From Escherichia coli (GTDB lineage: Bacteria > Pseudomonadota > Gammaproteobacteria > Enterobacterales > Enterobacteriaceae), in the NCBI RefSeq assembly GCF_003790525.1, contig NZ_CP033632.1: 64,000 bases of DNA; one strand, given 5' to 3'. Each line of letters starts with the position of its first letter. The first letter of the stretch is position 1. Below, piece after piece: positions 19,775 to 30,984 of this stretch. The notes below the pieces were generated by a model. That model was not told where the DNA came from and searched no databases. It saw only the letters and a program-made list of their open reading frames with translations. The translations under genes and the position numbers were made by a program.

Positions 19775-20172
19775 TTTCATATAACCTATTTTTGTTGTTC
19801 AAGTTTGATTCCTTGGACTCTTCAGAATACAGACAGCAAATAAAGACCTTTCGTTTGAAGTATGTATTTCTTGCAGCAAAAATAATCAAAACCGCAAGAT
19901 ATGTAATCATGAAGTTGTCGGAAAACTATCCGTACAAGGGAGTGTATGAAAAATGTCTGGTATAATAAGAATATCATCAATAAAATTGAGTGTTGCTCTG
20001 TGGATAACTTGCAGAGTTTATTAAGTATCATTGCAGCAAAGATGAAATCAATGATTTATCAAAAATGATTGAAAGGTGGTTGTAAATAATGTTACAATGT
20101 GTGAGAAGCAGTCTAAATTCTTCGTGAAATAGTGATTTTTGAAGCTAATAAAAAACACACGTGGAATTTAGG
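19775..20172 (+). mobile_element. ISEcp1: ISEcp1 3' remnant with IRR and outward promoter; left boundary approximate
   Basis: Sequence ...tgttgctctgtggataacttgcagag...ttgaaa...tacaat...acacacgtggaatttagg recalled as the ISEcp1 right end; a 42-bp spacer follows. Confidence 0.8.
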
Positions 20173-20196
20173 GAATACTGATGTAACACGGATTGA

Positions 20197-21090
<894 letters not shown>

Positions 21091-21092
21091 CT

Positions 21093-22149
21093 GGTTTTGT
21101 TGAATAAATCGAACTTTTGCTGAGTTGAAGGATCAGATCACGTATCTTCCCGACAACGCAGACCGTTCCGTGGCAAAGCAAAAGTTCAAAATCACCAACT
21201 GGCCCACCTACAATAAAGCCCTCATCAACCGTGGCTCCATAACTTTCTGGCTGGATGATGAAGCTATTCAGGCCTGGTATGAGTCAGCAACACCTTCTTC
21301 ACGAGGCAGACCTCAGCGCTATTCTGACCTTGCCATCACGACTGTGCTGGTCATTAAACGCGTATTCAGGCTGACCCTGCGCGCTGCGCAGGGCTTTATT
21401 GATTCCATTTTTTCTCTGATGAACGTTCCGCTACGCTGCCCGGATTACAGCTGTGTCAGCAGGCGGGCAAAGTCGGTTAATATCAGTTTCAAAACGCCCA
21501 CCCGGGGTGAAATCGCACACCTGGTAATTGATTCCACCGGGCTGAAGGTCTTCGGTGAAGGCGAGTGGAAAGTCAAAAAGCATGGCCAGGAACGCCGTCG
21601 TATATGGCGTAAGCTGCATCTGGCAGTTGACAGTAAAACACATGAAATCATCTGCGCTGACCTGTCGCTGAACAACGTTACGGACTCAGAGGCCTTCCCC
21701 GGGTTAATCCGGCAAACCCACCGGAAAATCAGGTCAGCCGCCGCCGATGGAGCTTACGATACCCGGCTCTGTCACGATGAACTGCGGCGTAAGAAAATCA
21801 GCGCGCTTATCCCGCCCCGAAAAGGTGCGGGTTACTGGCCCGGTGAATATGCAGACCGTAACCGTGCAGTGGCTAATCAGCGAATGACCGGGAGTAATGC
21901 GCGGTGGAAATGGACAACAGATTACAACCGTCGCTCGATAGCGGAAACGGCGATGTACCGGGTAAAACAGCTGTTCGGGGGTTCACTGACGCTGCGTGAC
22001 TACGATGGTCAGGTTGCGGAGGCTATGGCCCTGGTACGAGCGCTGAACAAAATGACGAAAGCAGGTATGCCTGAAAGCGTGCGTATTGCCTGAAAACACA
22101 ACCCGCTACGGGGGAGACTTACCCGAAATCTGATTTATTCAACAAAGCC
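21093..22149 (+). mobile_element. IS903: IS903 (1057 bp, 18-bp IRs)
   Basis: IRs ggttttgttgaataaatc at 21093 and gatttattcaacaaagcc at 22132..22149. Confidence 0.9.
21170..22093 (+). CDS. IS903 transposase (GTG start)
   Basis: ORF 21125..22093 translation is IS5-family. Confidence 0.88.
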   Translation: MAKQKFKITNWPTYNKALINRGSITFWLDDEAIQAWYESATPSSRGRPQRYSDLAITTVLVIKRVFRLTLRAAQGFIDSIFSLMNVPLRCPDYSCVSRRAKSVNISFKTPTRGEIAHLVIDSTGLKVFGEGEWKVKKHGQERRRIWRKLHLAVDSKTHEIICADLSLNNVTDSEAFPGLIRQTHRKIRSAAADGAYDTRLCHDELRRKKISALIPPRKGAGYWPGEYADRNRAVANQRMTGSNARWKWTTDYNRRSIAETAMYRVKQLFGGSLTLRDYDGQVAEAMALVRALNKMTKAGMPESVRIA

Positions 22150-23247
22150 ACGCGCTGGACACACCACGATGACAGCGGTTTTATCCCTTACGCCATCACC
22201 ACCGGCCTTGATTACGAGGCGATGACCGAACAGCGCAAAGGCTATGAGAACTTTGTTTATCAGAACGGCGTTTACGATCTCGGCACCAAAGGTGATATGC
22301 GACGTAACGAACGTAACCTGATGTGGAACCTCGATCCCTACATTCAAACGCACTGGCAGCTCACCTCAGCCCTGGGGCTGGACGCCGGGGCGCGCTATAG
22401 CTCGGTATGGTTTGATTCCAACGATCGTTATGTTGTAGGTAAAAATGGTGATGATAGCGGCGAAGCGAGCTATCACAAGTGGCTTCCGGCGGCAGCGCTG
22501 AAGTATGCCATGACGCCGCAGTGGAACGTTTACCTCTCTGCCGGGAGGGGATTTGAAACGCCGACCATTAACGAGCTGTCCTATCGTCCCGATGGTCAGT
22601 CCGGGCTTAACTTTGCTCTGCAACCGGCCACTAACACCACCGTTGAAGCAGGCAGTAAATGGCAGGTGGGCACCGGGATGGCGAGCCTGAGCGTCTTCAA
22701 TACGGACACGAAAAATGAAATTGTCGTTGCCGCCAGCGACAATGGCCGTACGTCCTATCAGAACGCGGGCAAGACGCGCCGCCGCGGGGTCGAACTGGGA
22801 TGGGATCAGCAATTTGCGCCCGCCTGGCGCGCCAAACTGGCGTGGACGCTGCTGGATGCGACCTACCGTGAAAACGCCGGCGATGCTATTCAGAGCGGCA
22901 ATCGGATCCCGGGGATTGCACGTAATAGCGCCTATGCCTCCTTTGGCTGGGTGCCGGAAGAGGGATGGTACGCTGGCGCTGAAGTCCGCTATATGAGCGA
23001 TATTCAGGTCAACGATGCCAATAGCGAGCAGGCTCCAGCCTATACGGTGACGGCACTGAATACCGGCTATAAATATGTGCTAGATAACTGGACCGTCGAC
23101 CTCTATACGCGCGTTGATAACCTGTTTGATAAGCGCTACGTCGGCTCTGTTATCGTCAACGAGAGCAACGGACGCTATTATGAACCGGCGCCGGGCCGTA
23201 ACTATGGCGTTGGGCTATCGGTCAGCTATCAGTTTGATTCGCTGTAA
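22150..23247 (+). pseudogene. iroN: TonB-dependent siderophore receptor (IroN-like) C-terminal fragment
   Basis: Beta-barrel C-terminus ending ...YGVGLSVSYQFDSL; starts at the IS903 boundary. Confidence 0.75.
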
Positions 23248-23791
23248 CAATACGGCTGCCGGAGAGTGCTATTGAGGTGAGGCTCCGGCAGCGGGTAAAG
23301 GCGTTGATTCCTGGTAACAATAAGCTGCTTATTGATGTATCAGTAAGCATGCCGGCAGCCATTGCGCTTGATATAATACTACCCCATATGAGCAAGAGTA
23401 TTTTCACGGAAAAGCTAGCAGCCAATTTCGGCCTCGCGGCCTTCCCGCTTCTCAATTGAGCATATAATTTTTCCGCAGCCAAAACCTGCTCAGGTTCAGG
23501 CTTGGTCCTTACAGACTGGTATTCAACAATCGAACCATTCTTAGCTATTGGCGTTACATAAGCACTTACCCAATAGTGGTCGCCATTTTTACAGCGATTT
23601 TTTACTAGCCCCATCCATGAGCGGCCAGATTTTAATGTACTCCACATATGCTCAAATGCAGCAGGCGGCATATCTGGGTGTCTTACGATGTTGTGAGGCT
23701 GGCCTAATAGTTCTTCCTCAGTGAAACCACTGATTTTAATGAAGTCAGGATTAACGTACGTGATATGGCTTTGAGGGGAGGTAGTCGAAAG
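23222..23791 (-). pseudogene. PAS-domain sensor (Aer-like) fragment, 5' end removed by IS26
   Basis: PAS-like segment PAAFEHMWSTLKSGRSWMGLVKNRCKNGDHYWV; coding frame continues up to the IS26 boundary. Confidence 0.55.
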
Positions 23792-24611
23792 GGCACTGTT
23801 GCAAAGTTAGCGATGAGGCAGCCTTTTGTCTTATTCAAAGGCCTTACATTTCAAAAACTCTGCTTACCAGGCGCATTTCGCCCAGGGGATCACCATAATA
23901 AAATGCTGAGGCCTGGCCTTTGCGTAGTGCACGCATCACCTCAATACCTTTGATGGTGGCGTAAGCCGTCTTCATGGATTTAAATCCCAGCGTGGCGCCG
24001 ATTATCCGTTTCAGTTTGCCATGATCGCATTCAATCACGTTGTTCCGGTACTTAATCTGTCGGTGTTCAACGTCAGACGGGCACCGGCCTTCGCGTTTGA
24101 GCAGAGCAAGCGCGCGACCATAGGCGGGCGCTTTATCCGTGTTGATGAATCGCGGGATCTGCCACTTCTTCACGTTGTTGAGGATTTTACCCAGAAACCG
24201 GTATGCAGCTTTGCTGTTACGACGGGAGGAGAGATAAAAATCGACAGTGCGGCCCCGGCTGTCGACGGCCCGGTACAGATACGCCCAGCGGCCATTGACC
24301 TTCACGTAGGTTTCATCCATGTGCCACGGGCAAAGATCGGAAGGGTTACGCCAGTACCAGCGCAGCCGTTTTTCCATTTCAGGCGCATAACGCTGAACCC
24401 AGCGGTAAATCGTGGAGTGATCGACATTCACTCCGCGTTCAGCCAGCATCTCCTGCAGCTCACGGTAACTGATGCCGTATTTGCAGTACCAGCGTACGGC
24501 CCACAGAATGATGTCACGCTGAAAATGCCGGCCTTTGAATGGGTTCATGTGCAGCTCCATCAGCAAAAGGGGATGATAAGTTTATCACCACCGACTATTT
24601 GCAACAGTGCC
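23792..24611 (-). mobile_element. IS26: IS26 copy 5 (Gly184 allele)
   Basis: 820 bp with terminal IRs. Confidence 0.97.
23844..24566 (-). CDS. tnp26: IS26 transposase Tnp26, Gly184 allele
   Basis: ORF translation. Confidence 0.95.
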   Translation of the reverse strand: MLMELHMNPFKGRHFQRDIILWAVRWYCKYGISYRELQEMLAERGVNVDHSTIYRWVQRYAPEMEKRLRWYWRNPSDLCPWHMDETYVKVNGRWAYLYRAVDSRGRTVDFYLSSRRNSKAAYRFLGKILNNVKKWQIPRFINTDKAPAYGRALALLKREGRCPSDVEHRQIKYRNNVIECDHGKLKRIIGATLGFKSMKTAYATIKGIEVMRALRKGQASAFYYGDPLGEMRLVSRVFEM

Positions 24612-24933
24612 GTAATTATTTAGGATATAGCTCTGTGATTTAGTCTTTTTAGGGCGTTTATTTATGTCTTTATGCTGTAATGTCGGTGCTGATTTGGTCT
24701 TCAATAAGGCGATTTTTAGCCCGCTTTTTCCGGGGGGATGAAATGTTATTGGATTGCTAAATGATTTCAAAAAAGGGGTAACATAGAGCGGGGATTAGTG
24801 TGGCGAGGCGCAGGTTTCCGATGGCAGGCTAAACGCAAAAAATGCGCTTTTTAGCCGGTGATGAGGTGAGGCCGGGAGGGGATGCGTCGCCGATCACAGT
24901 TTACAACAGGGTTTGATAACGGGAGGAAAAGTC

Positions 24934-25350
24934 ATGCTGCAGGGATTGAATCATCTGACGCTGGCGGTCAGCGATCTGGCGTCAAGCCTGGCATTTTATC
25001 AGCAGTTACCTGGAATGCGCCTGCACGCCAGCTGGGATAGCGGAGCCTATCTCTCCTGTGGGGCGCTGTGGCTGTGCTTGTCGCTGGATGAGCAGCGGCG
25101 TAAAACGCCCCCTCAGGAAAGCGACTATACCCACTACGCCTTCAGCGTGGCGGAAGAAGAGTTTGCCGGGGTGGTGGCTCTGCTGGCGCAGGCGGGGGCT
25201 GAGGTATGGAAAGATAACCGCAGTGAAGGGGCGTCTTACTATTTTCTCGACCCTGACGGCCATAAGCTGGAGCTGCATGTGGGGAATCTGGCGCAGCGGC
25301 TGGCCGCCTGTCGCGAACGCCCCTACAAGGGGATGGTCTTTTTTGATTGA
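24934..25350 (+). CDS. fosA3: Fosfomycin glutathione transferase FosA3, 138 aa
   Basis: Translation from [40 protein letters not shown]... matches FosA3. Confidence 0.9.
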   Translation: MLQGLNHLTLAVSDLASSLAFYQQLPGMRLHASWDSGAYLSCGALWLCLSLDEQRRKTPPQESDYTHYAFSVAEEEFAGVVALLAQAGAEVWKDNRSEGASYYFLDPDGHKLELHVGNLAQRLAACRERPYKGMVFFD

Positions 25351-25354
25351 CGGG

Positions 25355-25873
25355 TTAGTTCAGCTTACTGCCGGATTTCAACGTGCAGATCCACAGCGGT
25401 GAATTGATAGAGCTGAGCAAGATAGCCTTTTCGTTGAGCTTCTGAGCGTTGAGAAACAGCCCGTCGTGGCTGTCGGACATCTCGCGCATAAAGTAGTCGA
25501 AAATCACGTTCGGCGATTCATCAATCGAGGAGGCGCTCGATTCCCACTGATTGATGCGGTAATGACGCTCGGTGGCCGAGATGCGTTTGCTGCTGTAGGT
25601 AAACTTCACGTAGCGTTGCAGGTAGAGCCAGCCGGCGGCGGAGTCGGTGTAACCTTCGACCACCATCGAGCCTTTACCCTGCGCGCCAAAATTGAAGTGA
25701 ATATTGCCGTTAACGTTCTCTTTGTCCATGTTCTCAAAGCGCATGATGCCCTTAGTGGAACAGCTCATGACACCCGCGTTGTCGGCAGGCAGCAGCCGCC
25801 AGGCGCTAAACGCGGCGGCGGCAATAAATACCAGAACGCAGAGGGCAAAGAACGGACGCGGCGCGAGTCTCAT
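25355..25873 (-). CDS. Hypothetical membrane-anchored protein (orf1 of the fosA3 module)
   Basis: N-terminal hydrophobic segment; position in the usual fosA3 module. Confidence 0.6.
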   Translation of the reverse strand: MRLAPRPFFALCVLVFIAAAAFSAWRLLPADNAGVMSCSTKGIMRFENMDKENVNGNIHFNFGAQGKGSMVVEGYTDSAAGWLYLQRYVKFTYSSKRISATERHYRINQWESSASSIDESPNVIFDYFMREMSDSHDGLFLNAQKLNEKAILLSSINSPLWICTLKSGSKLN

Positions 25874-26661
25874 TACGGCTTCCAGGAGTAGTAAAAGTAG
25901 TTATCGCAATAGCTGAACGGGTTATCTTCATGCATGGCGCAGTGGGCAAGGAACACGCGCCCCAGCCCGTTGGTTTCGAGCCGATCGCCGTAGAAGAAAA
26001 GAAAACGTTCACCGGGTTTACAGGCAATATTCAGCCGCTGGCGTACCTCATCGAAGTTTTTGCCGTAGGACTCTTCACTGACCGAACGTCGCATTTCATC
26101 GCTGGCCAGCAGTTCGCACTGGCTATGGCTGAGGCGGGTCAGCGCGATAGGCTGGGATTCACTGATGCCGACCAGACTGAAGGCAACCAGAAGCAGGGCA
26201 ATGGTGAGCAAGCAGGCTCCGGCCATGTACCAGCACATCCCGCGAGCATGTGCGGAGCGCGGTGCGTCTGGCGTTGTCGTAACGGGCGGCGGTTCGGCAG
26301 GCGTCTGTTGTGGTGAAACCGGCGGCGCGTCGTCCAGCGCTTCGATAATGACCTCGGGATTAAGCTGCAAATAGCCGCGCGAGACGGTGACGATGATGTT
26401 ATCGACGCCGTAATGGCGAAAGGTCTTCCGCAGCATGCTGAGATACTGATTCAGATTGCTGTTGGATGAGGTTAATCCATTGTCATCCCAGACTTTTTTC
26501 AGAACATCTTCCCGGCTGACAATCTCGGTATGGCGCAGAAAATAGTTAAACAGGGCGCTGGCGGTGAGGGATAGCTGGCTGTCCGGTTCATCGCTTTGCG
26601 GCAGCGTCAGGGTTCCGTCGGTGGCGTCGTAGATAAAACGGGCATTGATGTTGTAGCGCAT
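25873..26661 (-). CDS. CadC/ToxR-like membrane-anchored winged-helix regulator (orf2)
   Basis: OmpR/PhoB-type DNA-binding N-terminus, proline-rich linker, one transmembrane segment. Confidence 0.6.
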   Translation of the reverse strand: MRYNINARFIYDATDGTLTLPQSDEPDSQLSLTASALFNYFLRHTEIVSREDVLKKVWDDNGLTSSNSNLNQYLSMLRKTFRHYGVDNIIVTVSRGYLQLNPEVIIEALDDAPPVSPQQTPAEPPPVTTTPDAPRSAHARGMCWYMAGACLLTIALLLVAFSLVGISESQPIALTRLSHSQCELLASDEMRRSVSEESYGKNFDEVRQRLNIACKPGERFLFFYGDRLETNGLGRVFLAHCAMHEDNPFSYCDNYFYYSWKP

Positions 26662-26680
26662 CGCGGCCTCAGTCTGTGCT

Positions 26681-27108
26681 TCACGCGGGAAGCGTCATTT
26701 TATTCAGGGAGTCAACCAGCGCGCGACGGTGGTCGGCGCTCATGGTGATCCCTTCCGTCAACTCCGAAAGCCAGATGCCGTCAGCGGCGTAGCGCACCAG
26801 CGTGCCGGTTGGGCTGTTATCCAGCTCATCGCCCTGCGCCAGTTTCTCCAGCATCCAGTCGCGCCAGCATTTGCGCAGCACCGGTTCATCGGGCATTGCC
26901 AGCGACAAAACCATAAGCTGGCGGCTTTCATGGGTGTCCGTGAGATCCGCCAGATAGTTCAGATAGGCGCGGGTAAACCGGCCATAGCTCACGCCATCCT
27001 GTTGCATCAGCGCGGTAATCGCTTCTTCCATGATTGCCAGCAGACGCGCGAACAGGGCGAATATTAGCGCCTGCTTGTTCGGGAAATGGTGGATAAGGCC
27101 GCCTTTAC
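26681..27108 (-). pseudogene. TetR-family regulator C-terminal fragment (orf3), 5' end removed by IS26
   Basis: TetR-like ligand-domain sequence; frame runs into the IS26 end. Confidence 0.6.
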
Positions 27109-27928
27109 GGCACTGTTGCAAAGTTAGCGATGAGGCAGCCTTTTGTCTTATTCAAAGGCCTTACATTTCAAAAACTCTGCTTACCAGGCGCATTTCGCCC
27201 AGGGGATCACCATAATAAAATGCTGAGGCCTGGCCTTTGCGTAGTGCACGCATCACCTCAATACCTTTGATGGTGGCGTAAGCCGTCTTCATGGATTTAA
27301 ATCCCAGCGTGGCGCCGATTATCCGTTTCAGTTTGCCATGATCGCATTCAATCACGTTGTTCCGGTACTTAATCTGTCGGTGTTCAACGTCAGACGGGCA
27401 CCGGCCTTCGCGTTTGAGCAGAGCAAGCGCGCGACCATAGGCGGGCGCTTTATCCGTGTTGATGAATCGCGGGATCTGCCACTTCTTCACGTTGTTGAGG
27501 ATTTTACCCAGAAACCGGTATGCAGCTTTGCTGTTACGACGGGAGGAGAGATAAAAATCGACAGTGCGGCCCCGGCTGTCGACGGCCCGGTACAGATACG
27601 CCCAGCGGCCATTGACCTTCACGTAGGTTTCATCCATGTGCCACGGGCAAAGATCGGAAGGGTTACGCCAGTACCAGCGCAGCCGTTTTTCCATTTCAGG
27701 CGCATAACGCTGAACCCAGCGGTAAATCGTGGAGTGATCGACATTCACTCCGCGTTCAGCCAGCATCTCCTGCAGCTCACGGTAACTGATGCCGTATTTG
27801 CAGTACCAGCGTACGGCCCACAGAATGATGTCACGCTGAAAATGCCGGCCTTTGAATGGGTTCATGTGCAGCTCCATCAGCAAAAGGGGATGATAAGTTT
27901 ATCACCACCGACTATTTGCAACAGTGCC
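27109..27928 (-). mobile_element. IS26: IS26 copy 6 (Gly184 allele)
   Basis: 820 bp with terminal IRs. Confidence 0.97.
27161..27883 (-). CDS. tnp26: IS26 transposase Tnp26, Gly184 allele
   Basis: ORF translation. Confidence 0.95.
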   Translation of the reverse strand: MLMELHMNPFKGRHFQRDIILWAVRWYCKYGISYRELQEMLAERGVNVDHSTIYRWVQRYAPEMEKRLRWYWRNPSDLCPWHMDETYVKVNGRWAYLYRAVDSRGRTVDFYLSSRRNSKAAYRFLGKILNNVKKWQIPRFINTDKAPAYGRALALLKREGRCPSDVEHRQIKYRNNVIECDHGKLKRIIGATLGFKSMKTAYATIKGIEVMRALRKGQASAFYYGDPLGEMRLVSRVFEM

Positions 27929-28400
27929 GGCTATCGCTGCTGCTGAGGCTGCAATTGACGACTATAGAGGCGATGCTTGCGATGGATGGAGCGAAGAGGT
28001 CGAAAGCATTTGCTGGGGGGTAATTATTCAGCAGGCAACCAAGGTCGGTGAACGCAAGAAGAGGAAATGCGACAGAGTATCACCATGGATTGAAAGAGTT
28101 TGTGATTATGAGCTTCGACCTAATGTCGAAATCCCAGCCACCGATGCTTTCCTGTCTGAAATTCGTGCGGAAGCACGCAACGAGGGGATTAACTATACCG
28201 CCAGCCGTCTTGCTGCTGCGTTCAATCACGGATTTATCAATAAGTCTTTGCGTGAAGTTTTCGACGTTACACGCATGATTTTGTCAGCGAAAGAAGAGTT
28301 GGCTAATGAAGCGCATCCGATTGATGGCCTGTCTGGTGAATATGCGGAGAAATCCCTTGAAGAATGGGCGGAACAAATTCGCAAAGGAAGCAGCCAGTGA
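27929..28400 (+). CDS. Hypothetical phage protein; 5' end probably removed by IS26
   Basis: Frame opens at the IS26 boundary; shares the PATDAFL-E-RA segment with the gene at 28684. Confidence 0.5.
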
Positions 28401-28687
28401 ATATCGACACGACAATAACGATCGATACGCTCCTAAATACCGGTCTGGCACTTCTCGGTTGGCTTTACATCATGTCCCGCACATGGCGATGGCTGGGTTC
28501 CATTTTCCTAAAACAGTGGAAAAAACGGCGCAAACAGGAACTACGCCAGAAGGCATTAGAAGCGTTCTATGACGCATTTGAGCTTAGCCGCATTGAACCA
28601 GGTACAACAGCCAGGATAGCGACAAAAGGCGACCTGATGATAGTGATGTTCCGACAGGAGAGAGCAGAGAAAGGGGAATCAGCATGA
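28397..28687 (+). CDS. Small membrane protein (GTG start)
   Basis: GTGA overlap with the upstream stop; one hydrophobic segment. Confidence 0.45.
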   Translation: MNIDTTITIDTLLNTGLALLGWLYIMSRTWRWLGSIFLKQWKKRRKQELRQKALEAFYDAFELSRIEPGTTARIATKGDLMIVMFRQERAEKGESA

Positions 28688-29418
28688 AATTTTCCAAATT
28701 TTCTGAGTTGGTGAATCGTATTTTGTCCAACAACCACAGCCATCGTCGCGATATGGATGTAACAATCGTTGTTCATTCGCCTGGCAGCATTGGTTCAACA
28801 CCTTCAGTTGAGGTTCAGTCAATTCACGCTGGTTTTGATTGGGATTCCGGGAAAGTGCTTATTTTCCCATCACAGCCACTGACCACGCTAACACCAGAAC
28901 AGATTACTGATATCACTGATAGTGTGCGCAAAGGTCAGTCTTGGCACGCATATCAGGAATACAAGAAGCATCAAGAGCAGTTGGAAAAATTGTCGATTGA
29001 ACTGGATGCCGCAAAACAGCGCATTGCAGAGCTGGAGGGTAATCGCACGGCGCTGGCAGTGGAGAATGAGCTGGCTCGTAAGGCAGTTCAGGCATTCTGC
29101 GATGTTGTTGGCGACAACACCGAGGTTATCGCTGAGGTGGTTGGGCGAGATGGCGTTCTGGTTATTTTGGAGGCCATGAAGGCAACAGGAAATATGCCAG
29201 CCACCGATGCTTTCCTGGCTGAAGTGCGGGCGCAGGGCGTGGATGCTGCTATAGAAGCTGCAAAAAATCTGGTGGCCCAAGAATATGAGTATAAGGATTT
29301 CAAAGCGGCGCAGAGTGATTGCTGTATGCACCCTGGTTCAGACCTGGTAGGGAAGGTTGAAATGACTGAGTGGTTAGTTGACTTTGCTGCCCAGCTTCGC
29401 AAAGGAGGCAACCAGTGA
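28684..29418 (+). CDS. Hypothetical phage protein, coiled-coil, 244 aa
   Basis: ATGA overlap; paralogous C-terminal region to 27929..28400. Confidence 0.55.
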   Translation: MKFSKFSELVNRILSNNHSHRRDMDVTIVVHSPGSIGSTPSVEVQSIHAGFDWDSGKVLIFPSQPLTTLTPEQITDITDSVRKGQSWHAYQEYKKHQEQLEKLSIELDAAKQRIAELEGNRTALAVENELARKAVQAFCDVVGDNTEVIAEVVGRDGVLVILEAMKATGNMPATDAFLAEVRAQGVDAAIEAAKNLVAQEYEYKDFKAAQSDCCMHPGSDLVGKVEMTEWLVDFAAQLRKGGNQ

Positions 29419-29933
29419 GCGAAATTAATTACCAGGCACTGCGTGAGGCGGCGGAACGTGCAATTCCAGCAATGGAACGCCTGTTAATGTTGCCAGCTGA
29501 TGATGATTTGTTAAGTGAACAGGAACTTAAAGATTACGGTGTGGATATTGATGCGCTCAACGCCTTCAAATTTCTGGCCGGACCAGAAACCGTGCTGGCA
29601 CTACTGGATGAACGGGAAAGGAACCAGCAATACATCAAACGCCGCGACCAGGAGAACGAGGATATTGCGCTAACGGTAGGGAAGCTGCGCGTTGAGCTTG
29701 AAGCAGCAAAATCAAAACTCAACGAGCAGCGTGAATATTACGAGGGAGTAATCGCGGATGGAAGTAAGCGCATAGCAGAACTGGAGGAGCGGGAAATACT
29801 GCTCCCGGAACGTAGCAGCATGCTTCATCGAACAGATTTTCACGATGATTACCAAACGGTAATGGCATACAAAGTTTCTGAAGTCATCGCTGCAATCCGC
29901 GCCGCAGGCATTCGCATCAAAGGAGGTGAGTAA
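29415..29933 (+). CDS. Hypothetical coiled-coil protein, 172 aa
   Basis: GTGA overlap with the upstream gene. Confidence 0.55.
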   Translation: MSEINYQALREAAERAIPAMERLLMLPADDDLLSEQELKDYGVDIDALNAFKFLAGPETVLALLDERERNQQYIKRRDQENEDIALTVGKLRVELEAAKSKLNEQREYYEGVIADGSKRIAELEEREILLPERSSMLHRTDFHDDYQTVMAYKVSEVIAAIRAAGIRIKGGE

Positions 29934-30109
29934 TGCGTGTGGCATGTATCGGCTTGTTACCGTACCCGACTCGTTTTTGGGCTTCTGCGCTAATTGCAAA
30001 GCCGTATGTCCTGATGGCTGACAACATCATCCCGGCACCAAAGCGCCGCCATACCGGTATTGCAGCGGCACGACGAGCAGCAAAGAGACGCAGGAGAGCA
30101 AAGCGATGA
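29933..30109 (+). CDS. Small basic protein, 58 aa (below the ORF-track threshold)
   Basis: Manual translation [58 protein letters not shown]; overlaps neighbours at both ends. Confidence 0.4.
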   Translation: MRVACIGLLPYPTRFWASALIAKPYVLMADNIIPAPKRRHTGIAAARRAAKRRRRAKR

Positions 30110-30282
30110 AAAACCGTAAGGCAAAACGACTTTTTTTACAGCGACCTGTGCGTGTGGTGGAGCTGGTTATTAGCAACCATAAGATAGCGGTACTCCATCC
30201 ATTTGGTCAGGTGGCTTTTGCCGCAAAGCGTAAGCCTACTGCGTCACAGAACAGGCGGAAGAAAGGGTACGCAGTAAGATGA
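30106..30282 (+). CDS. Small basic protein, 58 aa, starting MKNRKAK
   Basis: Manual translation; ATGA overlap with the next gene; paralog of 30279..30467. Confidence 0.4.
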   Translation: MKNRKAKRLFLQRPVRVVELVISNHKIAVLHPFGQVAFAAKRKPTASQNRRKKGYAVR

Positions 30283-30467
30283 AAAACCGTAAAGCAAAGA
30301 TTCTGTTAGTTCGTAGAAACGCTCCTGGCGTCTGGCAGTGGGTGAGACTCAGCAACCGACGGATGGGGTTGATGAAATATTACGGGATGATGGATTGTGG
30401 TTTTTGCAAAAAGCCCAGCGCGGCGCAAAACCGCTGGAAAAACCATTTGCGCACTAAAGGAGAGTGA
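30279..30467 (+). CDS. Small basic protein, 62 aa, starting MKNRKAK
   Basis: ORF-track entry; tandem paralog of the preceding gene. Confidence 0.45.
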   Translation: MKNRKAKILLVRRNAPGVWQWVRLSNRRMGLMKYYGMMDCGFCKKPSAAQNRWKNHLRTKGE

Positions 30468-30468
30468 T

Positions 30469-30984
30469 ATGGCGTTAACACACCGCGAACTCTGTCAGAT
30501 TGCGTACAAGTTCCTTAAGCGCAACGGGTTCAAGGTTTGTTTTCATGACCGCTTTATAGCTGTAACCAGTACCGGAGAACAGCCAGATGCTATGGGGTTC
30601 AGAAATTCAGCATCATGCCTGATAGAGGCGAAGTGTTCTCGTGCTGATTTGTTGGCAGATAGAAAAAAGCGTTTTCGTAAAAATCCGTCTCTTGGAATGG
30701 GCGACTGGCGATTCTTTATTAGTGAGCCGGGAATTATTTCAATTGAGGATTTACCACCTGGCTGGGGATTACTTCACGTTGTTAACGGAAGAGTACGGAA
30801 AGTACATGGGTGGCCCAAGGGTAATTGCTGTTGGGGTAACCCTGAAGATAAACCTTTTATTGGGAATAAGCAGGTTGAATGCGATTACATGTTATCTGCA
30901 TTAAGGCGCATGGAGTTGAGAGGGCACCTTAATGAAATATATGACGGTGTAATTGTTAATAAGAAAGAAGGAAACGCGGCATGA
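30469..30984 (+). CDS. PD-(D/E)xK-type nuclease-like protein (about 171 aa from MALTHRELCQ)
   Basis: Motif ...EQPDAMGF...CLIEAKCS... (PD, then E-x-K); AAGGAG Shine-Dalgarno 9 bp upstream. Confidence 0.5.
   Translation: MALTHRELCQIAYKFLKRNGFKVCFHDRFIAVTSTGEQPDAMGFRNSASCLIEAKCSRADLLADRKKRFRKNPSLGMGDWRFFISEPGIISIEDLPPGWGLLHVVNGRVRKVHGWPKGNCCWGNPEDKPFIGNKQVECDYMLSALRRMELRGHLNEIYDGVIVNKKEGNAA

Noticed and set aside
19711-20031. Short minus-strand ORFs (19716..19910, 19822..20031) in the AT-rich ISEcp1 remnant
   Set aside because: Antisense to the ISEcp1 transposase 3' coding remnant and promoter region; AT-rich sequence yields spurious ORFs.
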